DNA of 64,000 nucleotides from a virus. This document shows, piece by piece, positions 9,032 to 19,210 of this stretch (position 1 is the stretch's first letter; each line of letters begins with the position of its first letter). The notes beneath the pieces were generated by a model. That model did not search any database, was not told where the DNA came from, and saw only the letters and a program-made list of their open reading frames with translations. The position numbers and the translations under genes were made by a program. The stretch lies in IMG/VR virus record IMGVR_UViG_3300032047_000003, positions 32,001-96,000 of that record; one strand, given 5' to 3'.

Positions 9032-11196
9032 AAGTCGTTTCCTCGCAGCTTATTTCCGAATTTCTTTTTTATAAAATTCTCTTCTCCCTTTTTCCCGTTC
9101 TGAAAGATAGTATTTATGTATTTGTTTATTAGAAATATTTCATTAGAATTGCCAAATACATTTCTTGCTGTAATTATATTTTGACAATATCCGTAATTAG
9201 GAAAAAGTTTTTGGTCTAGTTTTATTTTCTCATTAATAAGAAACACATTGTTTTTCTTAGAAAGAGTTTGCTCAGGCTCTATCTTGTATCTTACTTTGTA
9301 AACAGTCTTTTCCTTTTTAGGAATCGTAAGTTTTATTTTTAAATTTCCAGCTTTTTTATTTTGTATTTCAGATAAATAATATTCAGAATCAATAACGTTT
9401 CCATACCAAGAAACACCATTGTCCAAACTGTAAAGATAATCTAAACCTGGTTCTAAAAGGCGTTCACCTTCATGCACTTCTAAAAAAAACTCATTTCTAC
9501 CGTAAATGAATATTTCGTTTTCATTTATACTATTAGTAAAATCCTCTGGAGTATAATTTGAAAAATCGTAATCAGTTTTGGTAATTGCAATTAACCATGA
9601 ATTGCTCGAAGCTTTTCTAAACACAAATCCTATGGTGTTTACATCTTGACTTACCAAGAACCCTTCCTGCATCAAGTTGACCAAAAATCCACTTTGATCG
9701 ACTTCAGGGTTGAAACACTCATCTAAAACTATTTCATAAACGCTAAAATTGTTCCAACTCAAAAGCTTGTAATCGTTTATATCTAGCTCAACTTGCAACT
9801 CGCAGCTACCTTCAATCACATCTGGGTACAGTTTGCATCTTGCTTCAGTGGGAAAAAATAATAATATTTCTTCTTGAAAAGATTGAGAGTCTGGAAGCGG
9901 CAACACTTCTTCTACTTGTAGATTTCCATCTGCATCAATTAAGGATAATCCTAAATATGACTCTATCATGTACGAATCTGAAACTGCAGTGTATTCTAAA
10001 TTTGTCTTAGAAGAAACAAAATCAAATACTTCTATTGGCTTCGATTGCAAAAAACCATAGGTTTTAAAATGCATGCAACCTATTTCAATATCTTTAATTG
10101 ATAAGTCAAATACATTTCCCACTATTTCTTCGTAGTCTTCTTCCGTTCTTGAAAGAAATCCATTTTTTTGAAGACTTTCATTCAAATAAAAACTTTTTTT
10201 ATTCGATACGATTACTCGAGCATTTTCCAAAAATGCTCTTTGCTCGAATTTCAATTTGAACTTATGGCAGTAAATTCTTTGAAAAAATATATAAAATTTA
10301 TTGTCTATTGTTTTCGTTTCAAATTCTAAACTAAAATTCTCTTTTCCATCCTGGCATTCAATGCTTTTTAAAATAAAACCTTGCATCGAAACAGGGTCTA
10401 TTTTCAAGTAATTGACGGAAGAGTAACTTTCTAAATCTAATTCTAAAGTTAAGGTAGGAGCTAAACTGTAAGGATATTCTAGAAAAGATGTTTTCCTTTT
10501 GTAAAAACGACTTGAAGTATCAGAAGTAGACTTTACTATTGCGTATCTAAATATTTTTCCTTTTCTAAAAATATCATTAGGGTTTTCGTTATCAAATATT
10601 TTTTTTCGAGTATCCCCCACATTGGTTTCTTCATCGATGACAACACATCTGTCTACATTGTAAATCTCTCTTCTTTCTAAAGGCAACCCTATGCCTGATC
10701 CAAAAATACCTTCCATTAAATTTTTTCTTTGAAAGCTTAAGTTTGTTTTATAGTCTTTTCTAAAAATACTATTACTCGTATAGTCTATTTTATCTTTTTC
10801 TTTAGAAAAATTATTTACATGAACTAAGTCTGAATTCTCAAAGTATTTAACTTCTAGAGATTCAACTTCCGAATCAATTTCCCTTACTAAATCTCCTTGG
10901 GATTTTACCAAGTACTTACAGTACTCATTTAAATAAGTGCTACTTTCTTTTATTTTTTCCAACCTAGTATTCAAAATAGAAACTTGATATTTCAAACCTT
11001 TCAATCTTGAAGTTTCCCCACTAGAAAGAAATATATCATCTGCTGATACAATCATAGGTTGGGGTTGATAGTTTTCTTCTAAAGTGGAATTTAAAAATTC
11101 TTTTCGGTAAACAATATGCTTGCCAAAAGCTCTATCGTTCAAAAAGGTATTAGTGACTTCTCTTAATTTTTTTTTTAGATTTATATTTTTTTTCAT
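9028..11196 (-). CDS. Virion structural protein, peripheral baseplate family (paralogue 1 of 3)
   Basis: 722 aa ORF, 4-nt overlaps; N-terminal coiled-coil-like segment then beta-sandwich motifs shared with the two downstream genes. Confidence 0.6.
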   Translation of the reverse strand: MKKNINLKKKLREVTNTFLNDRAFGKHIVYRKEFLNSTLEENYQPQPMIVSADDIFLSSGETSRLKGLKYQVSILNTRLEKIKESSTYLNEYCKYLVKSQGDLVREIDSEVESLEVKYFENSDLVHVNNFSKEKDKIDYTSNSIFRKDYKTNLSFQRKNLMEGIFGSGIGLPLERREIYNVDRCVVIDEETNVGDTRKKIFDNENPNDIFRKGKIFRYAIVKSTSDTSSRFYKRKTSFLEYPYSLAPTLTLELDLESYSSVNYLKIDPVSMQGFILKSIECQDGKENFSLEFETKTIDNKFYIFFQRIYCHKFKLKFEQRAFLENARVIVSNKKSFYLNESLQKNGFLSRTEEDYEEIVGNVFDLSIKDIEIGCMHFKTYGFLQSKPIEVFDFVSSKTNLEYTAVSDSYMIESYLGLSLIDADGNLQVEEVLPLPDSQSFQEEILLFFPTEARCKLYPDVIEGSCELQVELDINDYKLLSWNNFSVYEIVLDECFNPEVDQSGFLVNLMQEGFLVSQDVNTIGFVFRKASSNSWLIAITKTDYDFSNYTPEDFTNSINENEIFIYGRNEFFLEVHEGERLLEPGLDYLYSLDNGVSWYGNVIDSEYYLSEIQNKKAGNLKIKLTIPKKEKTVYKVRYKIEPEQTLSKKNNVFLINEKIKLDQKLFPNYGYCQNIITARNVFGNSNEIFLINKYINTIFQNGKKGEENFIKKKFGNKLRGNDL

Positions 11197-11633
11197 TCCG
11201 CCACCATATTTATGAAAAGCCTTCTTGACAAAATAGAGCTAGGAGCTTCTACTTTGACGGTTAAAACTTTCCTTTCATCTATGTCAAAGGAACCCAAGTT
11301 AACTCCGTTACTTTTTTTAGAAGCTATGTCTTTGTTAAAAATGTATTCCTTTCCGTCGTAAATTACAATTAAACAACCAAAATTATTAGAATTTAAAACT
11401 TTTTCATTACCCAATTTGATTAAATCGTAATAGTCTATGTACGGTTCAAATGTAGCTGGATTGTCTAAAGATCCCAGCGTTTCGCTCTTTTCAAAATACA
11501 CTACAACTTTGCTTTTAAAAGCATTAGATACATTATGTATAATAAAATCAACTTCTGAACTTGTTCCAAAGTCAGTTTCTATTAAATGCGGATCGTATAT
11601 ATTTTCAAAATTACGGTTTTTTATTTCTATCAT
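11193..11633 (-). CDS. Small virion structural protein (beta-sandwich-like)
   Basis: 146 aa ORF overlapping both neighbours by 4 nt inside the structural operon. Confidence 0.55.
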   Translation of the reverse strand: MIEIKNRNFENIYDPHLIETDFGTSSEVDFIIHNVSNAFKSKVVVYFEKSETLGSLDNPATFEPYIDYYDLIKLGNEKVLNSNNFGCLIVIYDGKEYIFNKDIASKKSNGVNLGSFDIDERKVLTVKVEAPSSILSRRLFINMVAE

Positions 11634-13717
11634 CTTACATAAACCTCTCGATAATTATGCAAAGGGTATTCGTATCCTTTTTCTTTTATTGAAGCAGCGT
11701 AGTAATATATAGATCCCGAAAGAACGTCTTCGTCTACAAGCGTAAATCCACCCAAAGTTGATTTTACCGTACTGCACTGAACATATGCTTCTTCTTTTTT
11801 TGACTTTTTATAAAGTATATATTCTCTTTCTTTCCCACAGAAATTAAAATCAAAACGCAATTCACCTTTTTTAAAATTAGTTATTTCAAATTCCCCTTTA
11901 GGATACGTCCACTTTAGTACATTTTTTGAAAAACTTGGCATTTTGCTATTTATCAATTCTTTTACTTTGCTTTCTGAAAATGGCCCACCGTAAGTTTCAA
12001 GCAAAGACATCGGTACTTCTATGTAGTGGCAATTGCTTTTAGAATATCTTATGCCGCCCAGACTGTAGCCCAATCTGCTTTGTATAAGCTTTCTGTTTCT
12101 ATTTAAAACTTTTTTCTTTTCTTCTTTTTTTATTTTTCCGCCTTTTTCTTGATACTCAAAATGAAAGACCTCGTCAATGTTAGTCTTTTCCTGAAAAGAA
12201 ATTTCTCCTAGCACTTGATACCTAAACTGATTATCTCCTTCTGAAGAATAAAGAGCTTTAAATCCACCCTCTCCTTTATAGCTGCTTCCTACTACCGTAT
12301 TTGAGTTTGGGTTTCCACTTTCATCTGTAACCGAAAGACAAGGGTAGTTTGCTCTTTCCGATGCTAAACCATCTCCTTGGGAACAATATACTATGCTTCC
12401 ATATTTGTTCACTTTCAGATAGTGAATACTAGTTTCGTAATTATATAAATTCGGTATACAATAAAAAACGTAGTAATTCTTTAAAATGTCTTTATTGTAA
12501 ATAGGATTTAAATTTACTTTAGAATATTGAAAGTTTTTCTTTTTGTAGAAAAAAGAACCCTTGTAAGTACTTGTTGAATCTAAATCCTCTTTCAGCTCTA
12601 TAAAACCTTTTTCTTCGTCCACAGACGATATCATATCCGTTTCCCAAAATATATCTGATTTTTCAAACCTTTCATTAGTTTTAGTTTTATCAGTAGAAAA
12701 AACTCGACTCAACGTTTTGTCTTCAGAATACACAAATACTTCAACATTCAAGTTTTTTTCTTTTGAGTAAAAAATAGAATCAGTATCGCTTTTCAATGTG
12801 TTTTTGTTAACCCAATCCAATTCAAAATATACAACAAAACTGTAAGGGAAAAAAGGAGTAAAGTGTTGATTATAATACTCGTTTACTCGATATTTATACA
12901 AATAGTTTTCATAGGTTTTGCTAAAGTTTCCATTTTGTATCTCTAGATACCATGGCTCTCTCGAGCTTCGACCTTTCGGAGCATTGCATTTAATGTAATT
13001 CTCAGACAAAGGAAACCAATAGTACTCCCCAGGGCTATTCAAAAAGTAACTAAAATTACCAGCGTTTTCCACCTTTTCGTATCCGTAAACTCCTGCTTTT
13101 ACTTGGCCCGTAAAAGGATCTATATCTTCCCAAGTCAATTCATATACCACGTCTGAGGAGTCTAAAAGCTCTCTATAGGAATTTCCATTAACGTCTATCC
13201 AGTTGACATAAAACAACCTATATCTTCCCGACTTTTCATCAAAATGATTTATATAATTGTGGTAAATAGAATTATTAGCTATATCTACCTTGTAAACTTC
13301 GTCATATTCTTCTGACATATTTGTTTTGATTTCGATATTGGCTTCAACAGCCGAGTTTAAACGATGAACATAAAACAATGGGGTTTCAACATTGCTACTA
13401 TTTAAGTGAACGATATTAGTTACCTTAATAGAGTTATACTCAGTGTTAATAGAACTTCCATTTATAAGAAAATACTTTTCTTCTTTAGGCCCGCTATAAC
13501 CTGAATTCTTATTATTAATGCTTCTTAAGTCATTTATATTTAAGTTGCTATCGGAATATATTTTTTTACAATGTACATAAGTTAAGGGGATTCTTGTATC
13601 CTTTATTGTCTCTTTGTATACGAAACTTTCTAAAGGTTTTTTAACGTAAGACCTTACGTCAATCTCTTGGAATTGACGCTTTGAGTTATTAACAATTTCT
13701 AAAGTAACTTTATTCAT
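11630..13717 (-). CDS. Baseplate-associated structural protein with C-terminal FN3-like segment
   Basis: 695 aa; C-terminus YILYKK...FTLVDEDVLSGSIYYYAAS resembles a fibronectin type III strand pattern; position in baseplate cluster. Confidence 0.55.
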   Translation of the reverse strand: MNKVTLEIVNNSKRQFQEIDVRSYVKKPLESFVYKETIKDTRIPLTYVHCKKIYSDSNLNINDLRSINNKNSGYSGPKEEKYFLINGSSINTEYNSIKVTNIVHLNSSNVETPLFYVHRLNSAVEANIEIKTNMSEEYDEVYKVDIANNSIYHNYINHFDEKSGRYRLFYVNWIDVNGNSYRELLDSSDVVYELTWEDIDPFTGQVKAGVYGYEKVENAGNFSYFLNSPGEYYWFPLSENYIKCNAPKGRSSREPWYLEIQNGNFSKTYENYLYKYRVNEYYNQHFTPFFPYSFVVYFELDWVNKNTLKSDTDSIFYSKEKNLNVEVFVYSEDKTLSRVFSTDKTKTNERFEKSDIFWETDMISSVDEEKGFIELKEDLDSTSTYKGSFFYKKKNFQYSKVNLNPIYNKDILKNYYVFYCIPNLYNYETSIHYLKVNKYGSIVYCSQGDGLASERANYPCLSVTDESGNPNSNTVVGSSYKGEGGFKALYSSEGDNQFRYQVLGEISFQEKTNIDEVFHFEYQEKGGKIKKEEKKKVLNRNRKLIQSRLGYSLGGIRYSKSNCHYIEVPMSLLETYGGPFSESKVKELINSKMPSFSKNVLKWTYPKGEFEITNFKKGELRFDFNFCGKEREYILYKKSKKEEAYVQCSTVKSTLGGFTLVDEDVLSGSIYYYAASIKEKGYEYPLHNYREVYVR

Positions 13718-13726
13718 TTTATTTTT

Positions 13727-15961
13727 TTACCTATGAGTTAAATAAAAGATGCTAAGTCTTAGATCAAAAGGATTAGCTGGATATTCAAGAAGATGATCCG
13801 AATCCCAAAGGCATTTGTTACCATAAGGCAATACTACTCTGATGTATTCTTTAGTGTTTGGATCATCCGGAGTTTGGCTATACCTTAACATGATAGCAGG
13901 ACCAGTTAAGTGATCTTCCTGTGTTGTTTCGTTCGTGCCATGCCCCGATCCATTTATTGTAGTGTACGTATTTGAACTTTTATTTTTTATAATACCGGTT
14001 ATGTTTAATATTTGATTTGTAGTAATTCTTACGTCTATACCACTTGTTGCGGTACCATTCGAGGTTACATGTTGTTCTTCGCTCCCATTGCCTACCGATG
14101 GAAGAAGTATATCCAAGAAAAATGGAGATACTGTCACAAGCCCTAATCCCGAGCTGCTAGTATTCACTGGATACCTGTCGAAAGTAACGTCATTTAAGTA
14201 AATAGTTGCCATTCCAATACCAGGGCATTTCCATTGATTCCCACCCATAGTAGAATCATTAATCTTATCGCTATCTTCACAAACTATTTCGTCTCTCTTT
14301 TTAGCCAAGCCTAAACTCTGCGTAGAAGTTACTGTGCCGCCCTGATTGGTATTGAATGCATCTAATCCTTGAAAGTAGACTGGCCCGCCTCTAAAAACAA
14401 AACCTCCTGGTCTTTGAGTTGCAGAAGACCTGTACTCGTTTGGCTCACATTTAAAATCAAAGTCAGTGAAACGCTCTAAAACAATGTCCGAATTTGTATC
14501 ACTGGATTGAAAAGTGTTGTCGCCTCTAAGCGTCAAATCATATCCAGTACTAACTATATTACCTTCATTTCTTATAGATAACTGCGTACCACCTCTGCTA
14601 ATGGACGTATCTTCATTTCCAAAAAGCAATTTATAGCTACTTCCAGAACCAACATAAGATCCAGCAGATCCAGCAGATTTTCCTATAAGAAGATCCCCTC
14701 TCATGGCGTTTTGATCATTTAAACCAGTGTCGGTCACTCCATCGTAACCATCTCTATGTAAATACTGCGGAGCAAAATTAGAAACATTCTCAGATTTTGT
14801 AAACGGCCCAGAACTACCTTCCTTATCAGTAATAGATCCAATTGAAGAAACCGGAACAAGAGGTTCTCCAAACTCTCTTGAATGAGAGTGATGAAATTGT
14901 TTTAATTTTAAATCCTGTATAGAACTTGTTATGTCCGTTCCTATAGTCGCTATGCAAAAAATATCCGTTGAAGGGTTTTCTATTTCTATTCCCACTATTT
15001 TAATTTCAGTATCTGAAATAAAATAGTATTCACCTTGAGTATATATTTCGCCAGTACTATAGTTCTTTAAGTAAAGGAACCCCTCAGGAATAAGATGCTC
15101 GCCAATAACGCTTCCATTGTTGTCAAAGTAATCCGAACCGTAAAGCGCTCTTAAAACATTTGGTAGTTTTAATTGAACGCCATAATTTATTTCATTGGAT
15201 TCCAGAACTACTCCTTCTTCTGAAGTTAAATTCTGATGAGCAACACTAGGTATCAATACGCTGTAATAGTCTCCGTTCAAAGTTACAGTAACTCCAACTC
15301 CTTGAGAGTTCATATAAGCTTCATCTGGGATTAAATTTGCAGAAGAGCCAGTATAAGAGCTTCCTCCGTTATATTGACTAGGAATAGTAGTGTACTCAAT
15401 TACCCAGTCTGGACCAGACTTATCGTAGAAATAAACTACGCTTCTATCTGTATCGTAAAAGTAATCTCCACTAACAGAAAGCAAAGTCGAACTACTAACT
15501 AGATTGGTTGGAGACCCTGACCCTGTAATGCTTAAAATATTCGTTCCTGGATATTTCAAAGAATGAGAATAAACATTTTCCGAAATGTCTTCCACTATAT
15601 CTCTTTCTAAATCTACATTTACACGTCCATTGGAAAGACCTTCTGTCAGATTAAAAGGGTTCAATTTAGAGATAGGCCCTAATAATCTCCCTATACTAGG
15701 AATGTTCAAGCTATATCCTTTTTCATCGCTTCCTGGATTCAACTCAAAAGAAGTTTTTTTTGAAATATCTCCACTAAGTTTTCTATTCGTGCTAGAAACA
15801 TACGGTTCACTTTCAGCCCAAATATCTCCTATTGTTTTTTCCAAAACATAAAGGTTGGCTCTTGTTTGTATACTTATGCTATTGAACTTATTCGCACTTG
15901 GCTGTTCGCCGTCTACAAAGAAAGGAAAAATAGAAGAACCGCTTTTCTTTTTATCACTCAT
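13727..15961 (-). CDS. Tail fibre-like/baseplate structural protein
   Basis: 744 aa, G/S/T-rich; HSH and PQYLHRDG motifs of the kind seen in fibre shafts, followed by a beta-rich region. Confidence 0.5.
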   Translation of the reverse strand: MSDKKKSGSSIFPFFVDGEQPSANKFNSISIQTRANLYVLEKTIGDIWAESEPYVSSTNRKLSGDISKKTSFELNPGSDEKGYSLNIPSIGRLLGPISKLNPFNLTEGLSNGRVNVDLERDIVEDISENVYSHSLKYPGTNILSITGSGSPTNLVSSSTLLSVSGDYFYDTDRSVVYFYDKSGPDWVIEYTTIPSQYNGGSSYTGSSANLIPDEAYMNSQGVGVTVTLNGDYYSVLIPSVAHQNLTSEEGVVLESNEINYGVQLKLPNVLRALYGSDYFDNNGSVIGEHLIPEGFLYLKNYSTGEIYTQGEYYFISDTEIKIVGIEIENPSTDIFCIATIGTDITSSIQDLKLKQFHHSHSREFGEPLVPVSSIGSITDKEGSSGPFTKSENVSNFAPQYLHRDGYDGVTDTGLNDQNAMRGDLLIGKSAGSAGSYVGSGSSYKLLFGNEDTSISRGGTQLSIRNEGNIVSTGYDLTLRGDNTFQSSDTNSDIVLERFTDFDFKCEPNEYRSSATQRPGGFVFRGGPVYFQGLDAFNTNQGGTVTSTQSLGLAKKRDEIVCEDSDKINDSTMGGNQWKCPGIGMATIYLNDVTFDRYPVNTSSSGLGLVTVSPFFLDILLPSVGNGSEEQHVTSNGTATSGIDVRITTNQILNITGIIKNKSSNTYTTINGSGHGTNETTQEDHLTGPAIMLRYSQTPDDPNTKEYIRVVLPYGNKCLWDSDHLLEYPANPFDLRLSIFYLTHR

Positions 15962-15973
15962 TTAAAATACCTC

Positions 15974-18340
15974 TTATTTAAAATTCAAACCCAAACTTAG
16001 TTTATTTTTAGTTAATGGGTTTATACTCAAAAAATTTAATCCACCTACGCCCGACGAAACATCATCCGCTTGATCTATTATCCTAAAGCCATAAGGAACC
16101 GGTAACGATTCGTTGAAATCCACACCGTTAAGATACCTAGGAATATTTATTTTAGCCCTTACTCTATTAGAAACCACAGTGTTCCCAGTATATGGATCTT
16201 GACACCAAGCATACATAGTTACCATCCCGGGAGTAAGTATAACATAATCCCCAAGTTTTTCATCAGAATTATAAGGATCCGGTTCTTTTAATTTTTCTTC
16301 ATATACCAAAACGTTATTGCTAATACTAGAAGGTCTAAGGGGGTAATAGGCTCCTTTGTCCCCTGTCAGAGGGTGAGTTACGTCTTCATTCCATTTGAAA
16401 ACAACTCTAGTTAAACCAATTTTAGAATTAGAGCTCCACTCTAAAGAATTTTTTCTAAAAGCATAACACCTTGATCCCAAGTTACTTATAGTTCCATTGC
16501 TGTAGTTATTCTTTAAAAACACATACCAGTAATCTTTTTCTTCTAATATGTTACTAGTTTCTTCTTCAATCCAACCGGTCCCAGAAGAATTTTCTATAGA
16601 CACCTTGGTATATTGATACAAATCGTCATAGTTTCTGTTTCCTGTTTTTTTAAATTTTAAATAAGTTCTGTTATCGAAAGAACCGTCTGGGTTTTGATAC
16701 CGAATTGCTTTGCTTTCTATTTGAAGCAACTCGCCTCTTGTACCTGCATTATGATCGATCTTTAAAACTTCATACAGCTGAACATCCTCTGCAGAGAGAT
16801 TCAAAGGCAAGGGTTCTGTTTCAAATTCTGTATTGTTCGCGTTATATTTTGAAGAAATTATATCTTTTTTAATGTCTTCCCATTCGTAAGGAGCGTAATA
16901 CCCTGCTTCAATTTCTCCATTGGAATTAGAAACATCTACTACTTGTTTTCCTCCATTCAAGAAACCTGGACCAGACTCTATTGCTATGTATATATCAATT
17001 CCTTCTACTCCTTCCATTTCACTGTCTAAAGCTTGAGCAACTGCTCTCGCAAATGAACTTCCATAAAAAAGACCTTCATAGTAGTTTACTCCAACTTCTT
17101 CAATCCCTTCAAGTCTTAAATCCAATTTGACAACATGAACATCTTTTGTGCTAATTTGAATTACACCAGAATTGTTTATATTCTCAGAAGGCTTTACGTT
17201 TAGCTTTTCATCATTTACTAAACTTTTGTTGCAAATTCTAGTTGAGTCCCTTCCGAATTCTAAATCAATTCGAGGAATAGCGTTATACGATATATAAAAT
17301 TTATAGCTTGAAGCTATGTTTTTGCTAAAACTTTTAAGGCCTAACGTCTTTCCCTCGTTTAGTGTATCACCGCTATAAACGATATCCTCTAAAGAACTAG
17401 CGCCTTTAGAACCATAATAGAGGGTTTCTCCTTTTTTAGTTAAAATGAAACCAAAATTAGGATACGTTTTTAAATCTTCAAGATTTTTAATTCTTACTCT
17501 AGTGCTAAGGGTGCTTAAGGTTTCGTCTAGTATTAACTCAGGGTACACTTTAGACCCAACAGTAATTACACCCAAGTCTTCATCTAGTTCAAAGTAGTAC
17601 CCCTCTTCAGCTTCTAAAAACATGTTATTTGATTTTTCAAAAACAATCTTATTGTTTTCTGAAACGGCTACCACTCTTAAAGAGTTTTTTTCTAAAGGAA
17701 AGTATTCCGTGTATATCTTTCTTTCCGAATTGATACTGTACCCCTTGTCTTCCCAAGTTTTTTTGTAAAAAACCTCAGAGCCTACTGGCTTCTTATAGCT
17801 TTCATTAAACAAAACTTTAGGCCCCTCTATTTCGTAAACGTACTTTTTTTTACCTGTAGAAACTTTTTCTACAAATTTCTTAAAAGGGGTTTTTATTTTA
17901 TTTTTATTTCTTCTCCATATCGCAACATTGATTTGATCAAAGTCTTCTTCGATCTCACAGAAGCCTCCGTCCGCTTTTAAACAATAAGAAAAATCTGAAA
18001 AAAGTTGAATTTTTTTATTGTAGATCCAATAGTCGCCTAACTCGTACTTCGGTATCCATTTTAAGCTATCTTTTTCTTCATGTTGATATATCAAAGACAA
18101 AGGTATTTTTTCGTTAACGCCACTTTGCCAATCACTTGAAAGAACCCCATCCATTAAATAGGTTTTATAATTTCCTAAAACTTCTGGATACATTTTGGAT
18201 ACTTGTGCACTGCTTCCAAAAAAAGATCTATCAAACTGCAACGAAGAGTTTTCTAGATCAAGATAGCTTCCATAGCTAAGTAGCTCTTGTATTTTATTTG
18301 TTACCGTACACTCTAAGTCCACTTCTACGCTTTTAAACAT
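15974..18340 (-). CDS. Baseplate wedge/structural protein with Ig-like segment
   Basis: 788 aa; FELDEDLGVITVG and Ig-like GIDIYIAIESGPGFL...SNSNGEI segment; synteny after baseplate J-like gene. Confidence 0.5.
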   Translation of the reverse strand: MFKSVEVDLECTVTNKIQELLSYGSYLDLENSSLQFDRSFFGSSAQVSKMYPEVLGNYKTYLMDGVLSSDWQSGVNEKIPLSLIYQHEEKDSLKWIPKYELGDYWIYNKKIQLFSDFSYCLKADGGFCEIEEDFDQINVAIWRRNKNKIKTPFKKFVEKVSTGKKKYVYEIEGPKVLFNESYKKPVGSEVFYKKTWEDKGYSINSERKIYTEYFPLEKNSLRVVAVSENNKIVFEKSNNMFLEAEEGYYFELDEDLGVITVGSKVYPELILDETLSTLSTRVRIKNLEDLKTYPNFGFILTKKGETLYYGSKGASSLEDIVYSGDTLNEGKTLGLKSFSKNIASSYKFYISYNAIPRIDLEFGRDSTRICNKSLVNDEKLNVKPSENINNSGVIQISTKDVHVVKLDLRLEGIEEVGVNYYEGLFYGSSFARAVAQALDSEMEGVEGIDIYIAIESGPGFLNGGKQVVDVSNSNGEIEAGYYAPYEWEDIKKDIISSKYNANNTEFETEPLPLNLSAEDVQLYEVLKIDHNAGTRGELLQIESKAIRYQNPDGSFDNRTYLKFKKTGNRNYDDLYQYTKVSIENSSGTGWIEEETSNILEEKDYWYVFLKNNYSNGTISNLGSRCYAFRKNSLEWSSNSKIGLTRVVFKWNEDVTHPLTGDKGAYYPLRPSSISNNVLVYEEKLKEPDPYNSDEKLGDYVILTPGMVTMYAWCQDPYTGNTVVSNRVRAKINIPRYLNGVDFNESLPVPYGFRIIDQADDVSSGVGGLNFLSINPLTKNKLSLGLNFK

Positions 18341-18343
18341 ATT

Positions 18344-19210
18344 CTATACATCCCAATGGTTAGAAAAACTTTTAAAAAGTTCATTGTAGAATTCAATGCC
18401 TTTTTCGTTTAATTCTATTCTTTTTTGTTTTTCATTTTCTACTATATTGTTTTTTATCAAACTGTTAAAAGACTCATCTTTGCAACTTGAAATTTTAATA
18501 TTTTGTTTTTTCAAAAAAAATGGAAAATCAGCATACCCTACAGAAAGGCTAGCGGTCGTTTTGTCAAAAAACAATAATTCTCCATTGAGCCTATTAAAGC
18601 AATAGTCTCCTTCCTCTACAACTTCTTCAAAAGTGTCAACCTTGTTATATGCTCTTTCGTTTAAATTCAAATCAAAATACATAATGTTTTCTATACCTGT
18701 ATCGACTTTCTTTTTTTCTACAAAAGCAACATCTTTGTATTTTAAATTAGTTTCACATTTCAATTTATATGCGCTATCGTATTCATTGATGTTGGCGCCG
18801 TAAACTTCAATACAATCGAAAACTCCAGTAGAATTTATGTATTGTTTTATTTCAGAAAAATCCAAACTATCTCTATACTTAAACTTAAGCTCTTCTTCTT
18901 TGAAAACGTCTTTTACAATTATAAGATCACAAGCATCAATCCTTATACAGCTGTAAGGATATAATTCTTCCCCGTTGGCGTCCTTTGCTTTTTTAATCTC
19001 TAGCATGGGTGCTTCGGTCAAACCCAAACTATTGTTCAAAAAAGAACCTATGTCCTCTATCTTTGCAGACATTCCAGACCTGCATTGGTGCATTATTCTT
19101 TCTTGAAAAGACGCTGTGTCTTCTCCTCTTAGCCTTGTTAAAGAGTATTTAGATCCAATCTCATCAATTTCGTTAAAAAAATTAATCTTTCTAGTTTTAT
19201 ATTCAGACAT
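18344..19210 (-). CDS. Baseplate wedge protein
   Basis: 288 aa; N-terminal IDEIGSKYSLTRLRGEDTASFQERI resembles the LDxxG...R..GEsDxxYRxRI motif of wedge proteins, also present in the J-like protein here. Confidence 0.6.
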   Translation of the reverse strand: MSEYKTRKINFFNEIDEIGSKYSLTRLRGEDTASFQERIMHQCRSGMSAKIEDIGSFLNNSLGLTEAPMLEIKKAKDANGEELYPYSCIRIDACDLIIVKDVFKEEELKFKYRDSLDFSEIKQYINSTGVFDCIEVYGANINEYDSAYKLKCETNLKYKDVAFVEKKKVDTGIENIMYFDLNLNERAYNKVDTFEEVVEEGDYCFNRLNGELLFFDKTTASLSVGYADFPFFLKKQNIKISSCKDESFNSLIKNNIVENEKQKRIELNEKGIEFYNELFKSFSNHWDV

